A DNA stretch of 63,983 bases, the filler included, from Octopus bimaculoides (taxonomy: Eukaryota), in the NCBI RefSeq assembly GCF_001194135.2. It is 8 parts of 6 records of this genome, joined end to end, with 100 filler letters (N's around TTAATTAATTAA, not from the genome) between each part and the next. Parts side by side here need not be neighbours in the genome. Positions count along the whole stretch, not along the records: positions 34,577 to 42,635 come from NC_068981.1; positions 42,736 to 59,080 come from NC_068984.1; 6 more parts are not named here. One strand, 5' to 3'. Both the position numbers and the translations under genes were made by a program. The notes below the pieces were generated by a model. That model saw only the letters and a list, made by a program, of their open reading frames with translations, ran no database searches and was not told the DNA's origin. This document shows, one piece after another, positions 39,801 to 51,102 of the stretch (positions are counted from its first letter, which is position 1; each line of letters opens with the position of its first letter).

Positions 39801-40479
39801 TAACACATCATAAAATTTAGACCCATGACAGAGTTAACTGTTAACACATATCAAATGAAACAGGATGAAATTATTTGGAGAAATGATGCAATCTAAACCG
39901 TTGCAGCATAAACAAATAAATATTAAAATGATGATGGTGATGGATGCCGACATCATAGTCACTGCTGCCAACAACAACAACAACAACAACAACAATAGTG
40001 ATGATAATAAAAATGGCAATAGCATTGATCACATAAGCATGGAGTCAAATTTTTCTCTTAGGGGAATGGAAATTAACTTCATATTCTATTTTTGATTCAA
40101 CTGAATATTTAAGTACTTTTTAATTAAAGATCAAAGTCGAAAGAACCTTGGTCTCTCTAACTAAAAAAAATCGATTTTTTAAAATCAAAAATGCAGTGGT
40201 GTGGCTATTCGCTGGAGCAGGGGTACGTTGAAGTCTTAGGAGAAACTTTTTACACCAATATATCAAATTATTCATTTTGCCGAAATTTAAGTTTGATTTT
40301 AAATGCCCATTCTAGGTAATATATGTGAATTTTTTGTGCTCTGAATTCAAAATAAAAAATAACTCATTTTCAACAATATCTACACAAATTTGTTGATGAA
40401 AGAACAAAGTTGTAACAAATACATAACTAATCAGGTTCTACAATCCTTGCCTTATACCAAGAATAAAATAGTGTACCCT

Positions 40480-40557
40480 TAAATTTACTGTAGTGCATTT
40501 TATAAAATTAAATTTACTATAGCTCATTTTATAAAATTAGATTCACTGTAGCTCATT
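40480..40557. repeat. 29-bp minisatellite, about 2.7 units
   Basis: TAAATTTACTGTAGTGCATTTTATAAAAT / TAAATTTACTATAGCTCATTTTATAAAAT / TAGATTCACTGTAGCTCATT. Confidence 0.8.
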
Positions 40558-40579
40558 ACCAAATAAAGTGTAAATTTAA

Positions 40580-40708
40580 CTGGAGTCAGAGTTAGAGTCG
40601 GTATAGTTTTACCGACTCCGACTCCTGCTACCCCTTAACTGTTTCCGACTCCAACTCCATGACTCCAACTCTGACTCCATGACTCTGAGTCCGACTCCAC
40701 AGTCCTGT
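40580..40708. mobile_element. Remnant of a (GGAGTC)/(GACTCC)-repeat DNA element (right end only)
   Basis: Hairpin GAGTCGGTA..TTACCGACTC, many GACTCC hexamers, terminal CCGACTCCACAGTCCTG; no left end found. Confidence 0.5.
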
Positions 40709-42599
40709 TTTTGAAAACTGATGTGACCAACCTCACTCTTTCTGAATAGGACTGGCCATGTCATTACTCAACACAGAATTTTGAGTAAAACTCCTTTCTT
40801 CCTATAGCTCTAATATAGCAGTAAACTAGAGTGAGGTTAGAAACTTATCAATATTTTACAGGAAGTGATTGACTGCTATTTAGACATAAGCAACTAGATC
40901 AATAACAGCAGGTCCAAGCATGATCTAAACTACAATTATATGCATAGCTTATCTTGGACTTACGTTGTCAAGATTTCTGTTTTTTACAATATTTTTGTTT
41001 ATCATGGTATAAGTTTGACTGTGCATCTACTCCAGAAATACTTAGAAATTCATATTCTTTTATCATGAGCAATATACAGAAAATTTTTTATGGTAACATT
41101 TCACTCACTCACATCTTAGACTGCTTCAGAAAATATAGGCGACTTCAATATTAGGAAATATACCTGTCTTGTGCACAACTTCTAAAACTCTACATAATCC
41201 AATGGTATGCTTATCTAGACTACCACTGACACATAAAGAATAAATTATCAATCGCAATAAACACATAAGCTTTAAACAATATTGATCATATCCCTAGAAG
41301 GCTATCTCCTTTGTAGATAAGCCTTTACTCTTTTATAATCTCATATCTGGATGACTCATTTATATGTAAATATGTGTTTGTGAGTGTTGCGTGAGCATTT
41401 CCTGGAATAACAGTATGTTCAATTATGTGTGATTTATCTTCAATGTTTAGTAGAAACCATTTCAATTTTACTTTATTGTAATCACTTTACCCATGATAAT
41501 CTGCAAGGAAAAGTAATAAATTTCATGATATTGTGTGTATGTGTGTGCCAGAAGTTTTGCTCTTGTTCTACAGTGCTTACTAATTAATTGCTGATTACTA
41601 GTAATTTCTTACTCTCAGACAACACAGTTGCAAACTTGTTGAAGAAGACAACATATACACATACTTACAGAAATAATTATACACATAAAACACACACACA
41701 CACGCACACATGCATGCATGCATGCACACACAAAATCCCACTTGTAGCAAATAAGTTGTTATACATGGTGGAAATGAACTTGCATCTGAGTTTGATTGCT
41801 ACTTAGAAACAGTGGACAAAACAGTGGTGGTGGGAGGAGGAGGAGGAGGAGGAGGAGGAGGAGGATGAGGATGATTTAAGTCTGAAGAGATTATGACAAA
41901 GAATTATGTCCCCATTCCATTTGTAATGATACACTTACATTGACCTGGATCCACTTCTTTTCTGTCAAGGCAAAACCTAGGAGTCACTGAATCCGCAGGC
42001 AGATATGTAGATTGCTGTCTACAATAAAGTTTTACATTTCAATAAGGTTATAATTGAAGAAGAACAGCGAAGTCATTGAATTTTATGTTCACACTCAAGA
42101 TTGATTTTACAGTTTACAGGTTTTCTTCCTTTCCTTTTACATTTGCATTTTATGTATTGAATCAAAAACCCTTTGATTCAATACAAAATCCTTTTGATTC
42201 ACCCATTTATATTTTTGCTCATTTGTTACTATATACTTATATGTATTAACACCCTTGTCTATGCAGTTACCAGCTTTTTCCACTCCTTAATCTGTATCAC
42301 TCAAACAATTGTGTGTATTCATCTGATACAATTGAATAAATAAACATATTTGAATGCTTACTGGCTGATGTCTGTCGATTTTATATCCTCTCCATTTTCT
42401 TATTTGCCGTATAAACCATGGGTAAATCACTTTTGCCCCCGCCCATATATAATACTCAATTGCGACATTTCCATGCAATAACTAGCACTTGACTATGAAT
42501 AATTGGATACACTACCAGCAGTATATTGGATAGCTACTATCTCTTAGTTGGTTTCTCAAACTCTAACTTACAAAGAAATATATTTATATGTATATATAT

Positions 42600-42635
<36 letters not shown>

Positions 42636-42860
42636 NNNNNNNNNNNNNNNNNNNNNNNNNNNNNNNNNNNNNNNNNNNNTTAATTAATTAANNNNNNNNN
42701 NNNNNNNNNNNNNNNNNNNNNNNNNNNNNNNNNNNTTATAATCACAACAGCAAGAAAGTATGTACATGATCACCTTCTTTTACGAAACTTCATTGACTTT
42801 CATATATTTATATTGATATACATATATATACGTGTGTTTGGGTGCGTGTGTGTATATACA

Positions 42861-42951
42861 TCTCTATATATAAAGATGATGCGTAGTCTAGACGGCGTTT
42901 TTAGATTTCATTATTCTCTTTAACCCGGGCAACGCCGGGTATTTCTGCTAG
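42861..42951 (+). mobile_element. 91-bp non-autonomous mini-Helitron
   Basis: A|TCTCTATATATAAAG...CCCGG-GCAACG-CCGGG-TATTTCTG-CTAG|T: TC start, perfect 5-bp GC hairpin 8 nt before CTAG, and an A|T target. Confidence 0.85.
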
Positions 42952-42988
<37 letters not shown>

Positions 42989-43065
42989 ACTCTTGTTTCA
43001 CGTTATATCTATTTGTGTGTGTATGCGTATCCTTAATTATGCATATACAAGCATGAATGTATATA

Positions 43066-43111
<46 letters not shown>

Positions 43112-43419
43112 TATACATAGACCATGTATGTTCACCATCACTCACTTTTATGGGTGTGTATGTATGCACAAATCTTCCTTATTTGTTTATTTATTTATGC
43201 ATTTACTCAATAAAACAGCATAACAGCCAAACTATTTGAAAAAATATGAATTGTCCACATAACATTGTAATTGCCTTTAAAATTTGTTCTAGAACAATCA
43301 AGGGAAATACTATTATCACTGGTACATAATTTACAACTCTTCAATCTGTAACTTATTTGATAAGTGCCGATGCACAAAACTCTCATCCCTTGAGTCACCC
43401 TGTTGTTTCTGTTAAATAT

Positions 43420-43850
43420 TCTTTTCTACTCTAGGCACAAGGCCCATAATTTTGGAGGAGGCGGGGACAGTCAATTAGATCAACCCTAGTACACAACTGG
43501 TACTTAATTTATCGACCCCAAAAGGTTGAAAGGCAAAGTTGACCTCGGCAGAATTTGAACTCAGAACATAAAGACAGACGAAATATCACTAAACATTTTG
43601 CCTGGCGTGCTAACGTTTCTTATTTCTTTACTGCCCACAAGGGGCTACAGACAGAGGGGACAAACAAGGACATGCAAACGGATTAAGTCGATTATATCGA
43701 TCCCAGTGCATAACTGTATTTATCTAATTGACCCCGAAAGGATGAAAGGCAAAGTTGACCTCGGTGGAATTTGAATGCAGAATGTAGCGGCAGATGAAAA
43801 ACCGCTAAGCATTTCGCCCAGCATGCTAATGTTTCTGCCAGCTTGTCACC
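43420..43850 (-). mobile_element. SINE family C tandem pair
   Basis: Two consecutive gaaaggcaaagttgacctcgg..gaatttgaa cores. Confidence 0.85.
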
Positions 43851-43979
43851 TTTGTTTCTGTTAAATATTAATAAAGATATATATATATATATATATACTT
43901 ATATTTTGAGTTCTATTTTTCCTCTTTGCATCACCAGACCTACATGTGTGTGTGTGCGTGTGTGTGAGTGTGTAATTGA

Positions 43980-44135
43980 TGAGCTTCTTTTAGTTTCCAT
44001 GTACCAAAATCACTCACAAGGCTTTGGTCAGCCTGGAACTATTGTAGAAGACACTTGCCCAAACACATGCCATACAGAGAAACTGAACCCGAAACCAAAC
44101 AGTTGGGAAGCAAACTATTGGTCTCACATCCGTGC
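43980..44135 (-). mobile_element. SINE family A part
   Basis: gtttccatgtaccaaaatcactcacaaggctttggtc..gaagacacttgcccaa. Confidence 0.75.
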
Positions 44136-45094
44136 TTGCTTCTATACAACATCTGCACCTACATATATACATTATGCTCACACACATGATATACATATAT
44201 GTATACATACATTTGTTTAAACACATATATACAAACATAAAGATAACTTGATCCCCAGAAATGCAGCAGCAACTCTCTGTTAAAACTTCATTAAATAAAC
44301 GCCGTTTAACATTTAAGGTCAAACTCAACTGGTACTGCTGCATCGATTATTGTATATAATTTAAATAATATAGATTATTTAAGTAAAACATCTTATCTAT
44401 ATTAAAATGAGACATAAATGTTACAAATATTGACCCCATTGACTCCAAAATCATTTTTCAATAGGAAAATTGGATAATCAATGATTCAAGAACAAAATAT
44501 ACAAGTTAACATGAAACAAGCCAATAATTTTCTGTTTTAAATAAAAATATATATATATAAATAAATACAACAAAGTGAGTCTTAATGCCAAAATTATACA
44601 TTACGTAGTTATTGATAACTTCAGATTCAGAATCAATATTTTCTGCATGAACAAAAGATTAAGGGGAGATTTACATGGAAAATATGATTTTTGCAAACAA
44701 TTTCCATGAATTTGGGTGTTTTTCAAGCTTTAATATCAGGAAAGGAAAGTCAATAAATTATGGTTCCTTTTTCAACAAGATAATTTTGGTGCGTGTGTGT
44801 ATATGTATGTATGTATATANNNNNNNNNNNNNNNNNNNNNNNNNNNNNNNNNNNNNNNNNNNNNNNNNNNNNNNNNNNNNNNNNNNNNNNNNNNNNNNNN
44901 NNNNNNNNNNNNNNNNNNNNNNNNNNNNNNNNNNNNNNNNNNNNNNNNNNNNNNNNNNNNNNNNNNNNNNNNNNNNNNNNNNNNNNNNNNNNNNNNNNNN
45001 NNNNNNNNNNNNNNNNNNNNNNNNNNNNNNNNNNNNNNNTATATATATATATATATATCTATATATACATATATATATGTTTCTCTAGCAGCAA

Positions 45095-45631
45095 AATGAT
45101 AAACATAAAGAAGTGCCAAGCTCTCAAAGTAGATGGAACATGTGTAAGTAGAAGAGCCAGGAAGATATGGTATGGAGTACTGAAGAACGACCTCAGGACG
45201 CTGAACTGTTCAGGCGAGATGACAAGGGACCAGGATGCCTGGCACCATGCTGCACTCAAGAAGACCTGTGCACTACAGCAGAAGTGTTTCTAGTTCTCTC
45301 TGGTAGAGACGATTGATCTGCAAGAGTCCTGTGTCAGTGCCATGTGAAATGAACTTATGACACTGCTACATAAAAGCACTCATGAGGTGCCATGTTAAAA
45401 TACCCATACAGTACCATGTAAAAGCACTTGTGCAGAGCCATGTAAAAGTGTCCATGCAGTGCCACATGAAAACACCCTGCACATTCTGTAAAGGGGTTGC
45501 ATTAGGAAGGGCATCAAGCTGTAGAAACTATGGCAAAACAGACTGGAGCCTGATACAGCTCTCCAGCTTGGCAGCTCTGGCCAAACTATTGGACTCATGC
45601 CAGCATGGACACCAGACGCTAAATGATGATG

Positions 45632-45632
<1 letters not shown>
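45095..45632 (+). mobile_element. RTE-clade LINE 3' end with a tandem-repeat UTR and (GAT)n tail
   Basis: IKKCQALKVDGTC..RRARKIWYGVLKNDLRTLN.SGEMTRDQDAW (GRPxKxW...DR..W type), about 20-bp GTGCCATGTAAAAGCAC repeats, and a tail ..gcatgga..gacgctaaatgatgatgat. Confidence 0.75.
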
Positions 45633-45691
<59 letters not shown>

Positions 45692-45731
45692 GTGTGTGTG
45701 TGTATGTTTGAAGTGAAGTCCCGATATTGTT

Positions 45732-45890
45732 TATTAAGAAAAATTAGGCAGTCAGAATTTTGGAGAATTCTTTATTAGCTCTTTCATCCATTCATGAAAA
45801 TTTTTCAAAATATTTGAAAAATCTTCATGAATGAATGAAAGCGCTAATAAAAAATTATCCAAAATTCTGACTGCCACCTTTTTCTTAATA
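45732..45890. repeat. 159-bp near-perfect palindrome (fold-back), probable spacer-less MITE
   Basis: Arms of about 78 bp with a 3-nt loop at 45810-45812 and under about 10 mismatches; ends are TTAA|GA...TC|TTAA. Confidence 0.85.
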
Positions 45891-46349
45891 TATATATATA
45901 TATATATATCATAATGTCATAGTTGTTTATAAAAATGTATTTTTGTGATGTGAACATTATCTAATACAGAACTCAATACATTAGATAGATTGCATACATA
46001 CATGTTTGTGACATCAAAAGTACACTCTCAGTTTCGCTCTTATCTTTTCACGACAGCTGTGAAGAGACAAGGGTAAAACTCAAAGAAAACTTTTGATAAT
46101 ATCAAAATGTGTGATTGTGTAACAGCGTGTGTATGCATATGTGTGTGCGTTGTATTTTTATGAATAGAAAGAAATTGATATGGGTTTGAAAAAGTCATCA
46201 CAGAACAGAACTAATTCCTATTTACAACACTTTATAAAGAGTTAGGGGCCATGTCTCATTCTTGTATTGTCAATTTTTGGTACAATCTTAATGGTTTGAT
46301 GACTTTTCTATTACAAGTGTGGTCAGTATATTTTATTCCTTACCTACAT

Positions 46350-46461
<112 letters not shown>

Positions 46462-46554
46462 AATATATATATTTCTTGTCAGTGTATCATACATTTATAA
46501 AAGAAGCATACTCTAAAGCATAGAACAGTCATGTATCTATATGCAGTTAAGTCC

Positions 46555-46749
46555 ATGTCAGGTCATAGAGTGACCAATGGTTTCACATCCATAAAGGGCC
46601 TAGCTCCATGGATAAGCTGTCCATGGGGCTAGACCCTTTATGGATGTGAAACTGTTGGTCACTCTATGATCAGACATACACTGACAAGCTGTCCATGGGG
46701 TTAGACTTTTTATGGACACAAAACCATAGGTCACTCTATGACTGGACAT
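46555..46749. repeat. 58-bp-arm inverted repeat plus a tandem third copy (72-bp period)
   Basis: 46555-46612 pairs with 46620-46677 (about 6 mismatches, loop TAAGCTG); 46692-46749 is a diverged direct copy of the right arm. Confidence 0.9.
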
Positions 46750-47511
46750 AGACATAACAGCATATAAATATATATATATGAACACACACTACATACATAC
46801 ATTCATTCATACATATATACATACAGGCATGCATGTATGTATGATGTATACACTTATAAATATGCATACATATGTGCATAAAATTAATTTTAAGTTGAAT
46901 CTTTACAAATTGTCATTGTATGTTTTATTTTACCGGTTTTCAAGCAATAAAAGTGTTTAAACAACATTCTAGTATTTATACATGTGATTACGGAAAACCA
47001 TTGAATACACATAAACCAATCACATAAACAACAAGAAAAAATGGAAAACATGACAAGTTAACACAGAGAAAGGATCCTTCATCAGTTGTCAGCTGTCTAT
47101 CTACACCTCATTTCAAGCATTCAATGACAATATGAGTCTTCAAACACAGTTGCTCGTAAATTCTAAAATAAAATTTAGGATTTATAGAGGGTCAAAGTTG
47201 GGAACAAAAAAATGACAGTGGAGACATAAAAAGAAACGGAACGAAAACAAACATGGAGGGTTGTTAGACCAGAATGAGAGGAAAATAGTGAACGCTGGGA
47301 GAAACATTTCTTTTAAAAGAGAATATATATATAATATATGTATATGTGTATATATATATGCATGTGTATATGTATTTGTATATGTGTGTGTATATATATG
47401 TATGTGCGTGTGTGTATGTATGTGTATATATATATATATATATATAGACAGATAGATAGATAGATATGGCTACATAGAAATATATATGAATATGTGTGTA
47501 TGAATGTGCGG

Positions 47512-47546
<35 letters not shown>

Positions 47547-47566
47547 CGTGAGTGTTTGTGTAAATT

Positions 47567-47880
47567 TTAGCCCTTTATTTTGTACCAAGTACCAATTTCT
47601 TTCCGTGAATGTCTCACCATTTCTTCCCAATGATATTTAGATTTCTTATCAAATTTTGCTCCAACATAGATACGGCCAATTAAATAACCAGATTTCTCAT
47701 CTCTCTTGTTATGGTGCAGCACAGTGATGATAAAATAAATGTTTTCAAGTTGATGGTTTGGCATATCAAAAATGTAGGTCTCGTTAAAAATCGGGTTGCC
47801 ATTTGTTGCATTTCTTAAGGAAGTTTTTGTTTTTTTCATTGCTCTCCCATCACTCATCAAAGCAACACGGACATAGGCAT
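47567..47880 (-). CDS. Terminal coding exon of a synaptotagmin-like gene (C-terminal C2B domain)
   Basis: Reads DAYVRVALMSDGRAMKKTKT..NPIFNETYIFDMP..LENIYFIITV..IGRIYVG....HWEEMVRHSRKEIGTWYKIKG*, which follows the synaptotagmin C2B pattern (DPYVK, KKKKT, NP.FNE.F.F, HW.EM...RK.I..WH.L). A polypyrimidine acceptor (tcactgtcctttcag|AT) gives a phase-1 junction at the Asp, and TAA is at 47567-47569. The ORF-track N-terminus MSNEAFYITVLS is intronic. Upstream exons were not found in this window. Confidence 0.9.
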
Positions 47881-48001
47881 CTGAAAGGACAGTGATATAA
47901 AATGCTTCATTAGACAATGAGCATAAAATGTCAACAACACAGGAGGTACAAGTTTTAACAAATATTGTACTAGTTTAACACTTAAAGTTTGTACATATAT
48001 A

Positions 48002-48148
48002 CAAGAGGGTGCTGGAAAGTTTGTGGCTTTAAGGATATTGTGAAAAGCCTGGTTGGAGGCCCAACCTTCCGAGTTCTTTTACAGGGCTTAGAAAAACTGA
48101 AAGACCATTGTATTAAGTGTGTGAATCTGAGACGGGAATATGTTAAAC
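48002..48148 (+). mobile_element. Mariner-derived element, right-truncated copy
   Basis: Homologous to 55084-55230; reads LQGLEKLKDHCIKCVNLRREYV. Confidence 0.7.
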
Positions 48149-48499
48149 ATCACTTCAAAAAATCTCTCTCTCTCTCAATATATATATATATGTATATATA
48201 TATATGAATAATATGAATGGACAGTCACATTGCAATACAACATATGTTTTGAAAAATAAAAGTCCAGTGAACTATATGTGCAATCATGTAATTATGCTAT
48301 AATGTAGGGGGTAATCAGTCTTTTTGTCAAGTGCATGACTGTTTATAATTATAATCAATTTTACATCATTTTGTATCGAATGATATGTGATAAAGAATGT
48401 GTGAGTGAAATACAAGGCAAGTAGGAGTGATCAAGAAGTTTTTCAAGCAACCAATCACATTTATATATGCATATATATATATACATATATATATATATA

Positions 48500-48640
48500 T
48501 GTAGCTTGCTTACCAACCACATGGTTCCGGGTTCGTTCCCACTGCGTGGCACCTTGAGCAAGTGTCTCCTACTATAGCCTCGGGCCGACCAAAGCCTTGT
48601 GAGTGGATTTAGTAGACAGAAACTGAAAGAAGCCCATCGT
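48500..48640 (+). mobile_element. SINE family A part running into (TA)n and a gap
   Basis: agcttgcttaccaaccacatggttccgggttc..gaaactgaaagaagccc.tcg. Confidence 0.9.
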
Positions 48641-49182
48641 ATATATATATNNNNNNNNNNNNNNNNNNNNNNNNNNNNNNNNNNNNNNNNNNNNNNNNNN
48701 NNNNNNNNNNNNNNNNNNNNNNNNNNNNNNNNNNNNNNNNNNNNNNNNNNNNNNNNNNNNNNNNNNNNNNNNNNNNNNNNNNNNNNNNNNNNNNNNNNNN
48801 NNNNNNNNNNNNNNNNNNNNNNNNNNNNNNNNNNNNNNNNNNNNNNNNNNNNNNNNNNNNNNNNNNNNNNNNNNNNNNNNNNNNNNNNNNNNNNNNNNNN
48901 NNNNNNNNNNNNNNNNNNNNNNNNNNNNNNNNNNNNNNNNNNNNNNNNNNNNNNNNNNNNNNNNNNNNNNNNNNNNNNNNNNNNNNNNNNNNNNNNNNNN
49001 NNNNNNNNNNNNNNNNNNNNNNNNNNNNNNNNNNNNNNNNNNNNNNNNNNNNNNNNNNNNNNNNNNNNNNNNNNNNNNNNNNNNNNNNNNNNNNNNNNNN
49101 NNNNNNNNNNNNNNNNNNNNNNNNNNNNNNNNNNNNNNNNNNNNNNNNNNNNNNNNNNNNNNNNNNNNNNNNNNNNNNNNNN

Positions 49183-49213
<31 letters not shown>

Positions 49214-49279
49214 CACAAAATAAGATAACAAAGCAAGGGTGTGAGGAGTTTTCAGGACATTTATAAGGAAAACAATACA

Positions 49280-49700
49280 GATATAGTCTTCCAGATGTTT
49301 CTGGGATATTATGGATATCCCTTCATCAGAGACGATGTGAGATGGTTAAATAAAGGTAAATATTTGAGTTCAAAATAAGGAATTATTATGGAAAAGTAGG
49401 AGATAGGGAATATAGAGGGAAATGAGAGAATGAAAGTAGAAATAAATTATAAGATATTGTAGTTGCAGTTCCATTATTCAAGTAAAGTGGTGTACAGAAG
49501 TGGTAAAAAATGTTTCCTGTACATGGTATGTAAGTTCCAATAGTAATTCATGTTTAGTCATTTCAAAGTATGGAGTCATGGAGTCTGTGCTGCTCATTCA
49601 AAAGGGTTTTGTGGTGTGAATGAAAATTTGAGAATGTATTGGTAGTATTTGTTGATACATGGTGGGGGAGGGATGTGTATGATTAGAATGAGAAGATAGG
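49280..49700 (-). mobile_element. Probable old Penelope-like 3' remnant
   Basis: HHR-like motif preceded by pyrimidine-rich UTR-like sequence; coding signal is weak. Confidence 0.4.
49286..49333 (-). ncRNA. Decayed minimal hammerhead motif (PLE tail)
   Basis: Minus strand reads GTCT-CTGATGA-A-GGGATAT-ccata-ATATCCC-A-GAAACATCTGGA-AGAC. Stem II is a perfect 7 bp and stem I is GUCU/AGAC; U16.1 is replaced by G. Confidence 0.6.
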
Positions 49701-49892
49701 TCAAAATGAAGACATGAAGAGAAAATGAGAGCGAGAAAGAGAAAAAAAGAAAAAGGACAAAAAATAAACAAATAAATAAAGAAAATAAAATAAAAAGAGA
49801 GAGAGAAAAAGAGAAAGAAAAATGAAAAGAGTGAAAAGAACAGAAAAAATGGAAGAAAGAGTGAAAGAAGTGAGAAAAGGAGTGTTAGTTGG

Positions 49893-50182
49893 TGGTATGA
49901 GGAATATTCTAGTGAAGTTGAACATTTTATCTGGCCATCACAGTCCCCAGATCTCAATATTATTGAACATTTATGGTGCATTTTAGAAAAACAAGTAAGG
50001 AGTCAATATCCTCCACCATCATCACTACAAGAACTGGAGACTGTTTTAGCTGAAGAATGAACAAAAATTCCTTTGGAAACAATTCAAACTATGTATGAGT
50101 CCATACTTCATAGAATTCAAGTTGTAATTACTGCCAAAGGCAGTAATTTGTTTGAAATTTTCATTATTTTGTCCAACCCTTG
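49893..50182 (+). mobile_element. Tc1 transposase C-terminal remnant with right end
   Basis: WPSQSPDLNIIEHLWCILEKQVR...SLQELETVLAEE*TKIPLETIQTMYESILHRIQVVITAKG, ending ..attttgtccaacccttg|TA. Confidence 0.88.
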
Positions 50183-50189
50183 TATATAT

Positions 50190-50340
50190 GAAGAGCTTCT
50201 TTCAATTTTCATCAATCAAATCCTTTCACAAGGTTTTGGTCATCAGCCCGAGGCTATAGTAGTAGACACTTCGGGAGACTGAACCAGGAACCATGTGGTT
50301 GGGAAGCAAGCTTCTTACTGCACAGCCATGTCTGTGCCTA
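50190..50340 (-). mobile_element. SINE family A part
   Basis: caaggttttggtc..gcccgaggctatagtagtagacact..ggaaccatgtggttgggaagcaagctt. Confidence 0.8.
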
Positions 50341-50514
50341 TAATGAAACATTTTCAAAATATTTTTATCTATATTACATTTCAATCAGTCTGGTACTTAA
50401 TTAACTTCAGGTGTCTTATTCATAGATGTGTACGTAGTATTATATTGGGTAAGGACTATGTACTATGTAACTGACACTGGCATTTTGCAGTTATGACGAC
50501 AAGGGCTCCAGTTT

Positions 50515-50775
50515 ATTTTTACCAACAGAACAGCCTGCTCATGAAATTAACATGCAAGATACATGTACTCTTAACGCAGTTCTCAGGGAGATTCAGTGTG
50601 ACACAGAGTGTGACAAGGCTGGCCCTTTGAAATACAGGTACTACTCATTTTTGTCAGCTGAGTAGAGTGGGGCAACATGAAATAAAGTGTCTTGTTTTAG
50701 GACACACTGCATCACTGGGAATTGAACTCATGACCATATGACTGTGAGCTGAATACTCTAACTGCTAAGCCACAC
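50515..50775 (-). mobile_element. SINE family E/F hybrid
   Basis: aacagcctgctc.tgaaattaac..gacaaggctggccctttgaaatacaggtac..gtcagctgagt..gggaattgaactc. Confidence 0.75.
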
Positions 50776-51024
50776 TATGTACACATACAGGAATGTGTTA
50801 TGTACTCATAGAGGAATGAAACATTTGATAATTGGAGATTAAACCACTCAAAATGCATTCTAAATATAAATTTTTTAAAAGTGTTCTGCTTGAAAGGTGA
50901 GATTATTAGTCAAAACGATTGTAACGTTTTATGGAATAGATCTTGAAGCAGACATAAAGCTATAAATGATAGTGTGTAAATATTGGGTCGAAAAAGAAAC
51001 CCTCTACTTTTTAGATAAAAAAGT

Positions 51025-51102
51025 TAAAGGCTGCCCTTGGGATGTGAAATCACATCTCTTTTATGCATGGCAGATGTTCTACCATTGGACCAAAGCAGTT
51101 CT
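51025..51102 (-). pseudogene. tRNA-like core of a dispersed repeat (copy 2, Ala-TGC-like)
   Basis: Minus strand reads CTGCTTTGGTCCAATGGTAGAACATCTGCCATGCATAAAAGAGATGTGATTTCACATCCCAAGGGCAGC. Confidence 0.45.

Noticed and set aside
46555-46749. CRISPR-like or regularly spaced repeat array (also 40480-40557 and 45380-45470)
   Set aside because: There are no unique spacers between identical repeats and no cas genes, and the context is eukaryotic.
46985-47100. Minus-strand CTGATGAAGGA as a further hammerhead
   Set aside because: No closable stem II followed by GAAA at a suitable distance.
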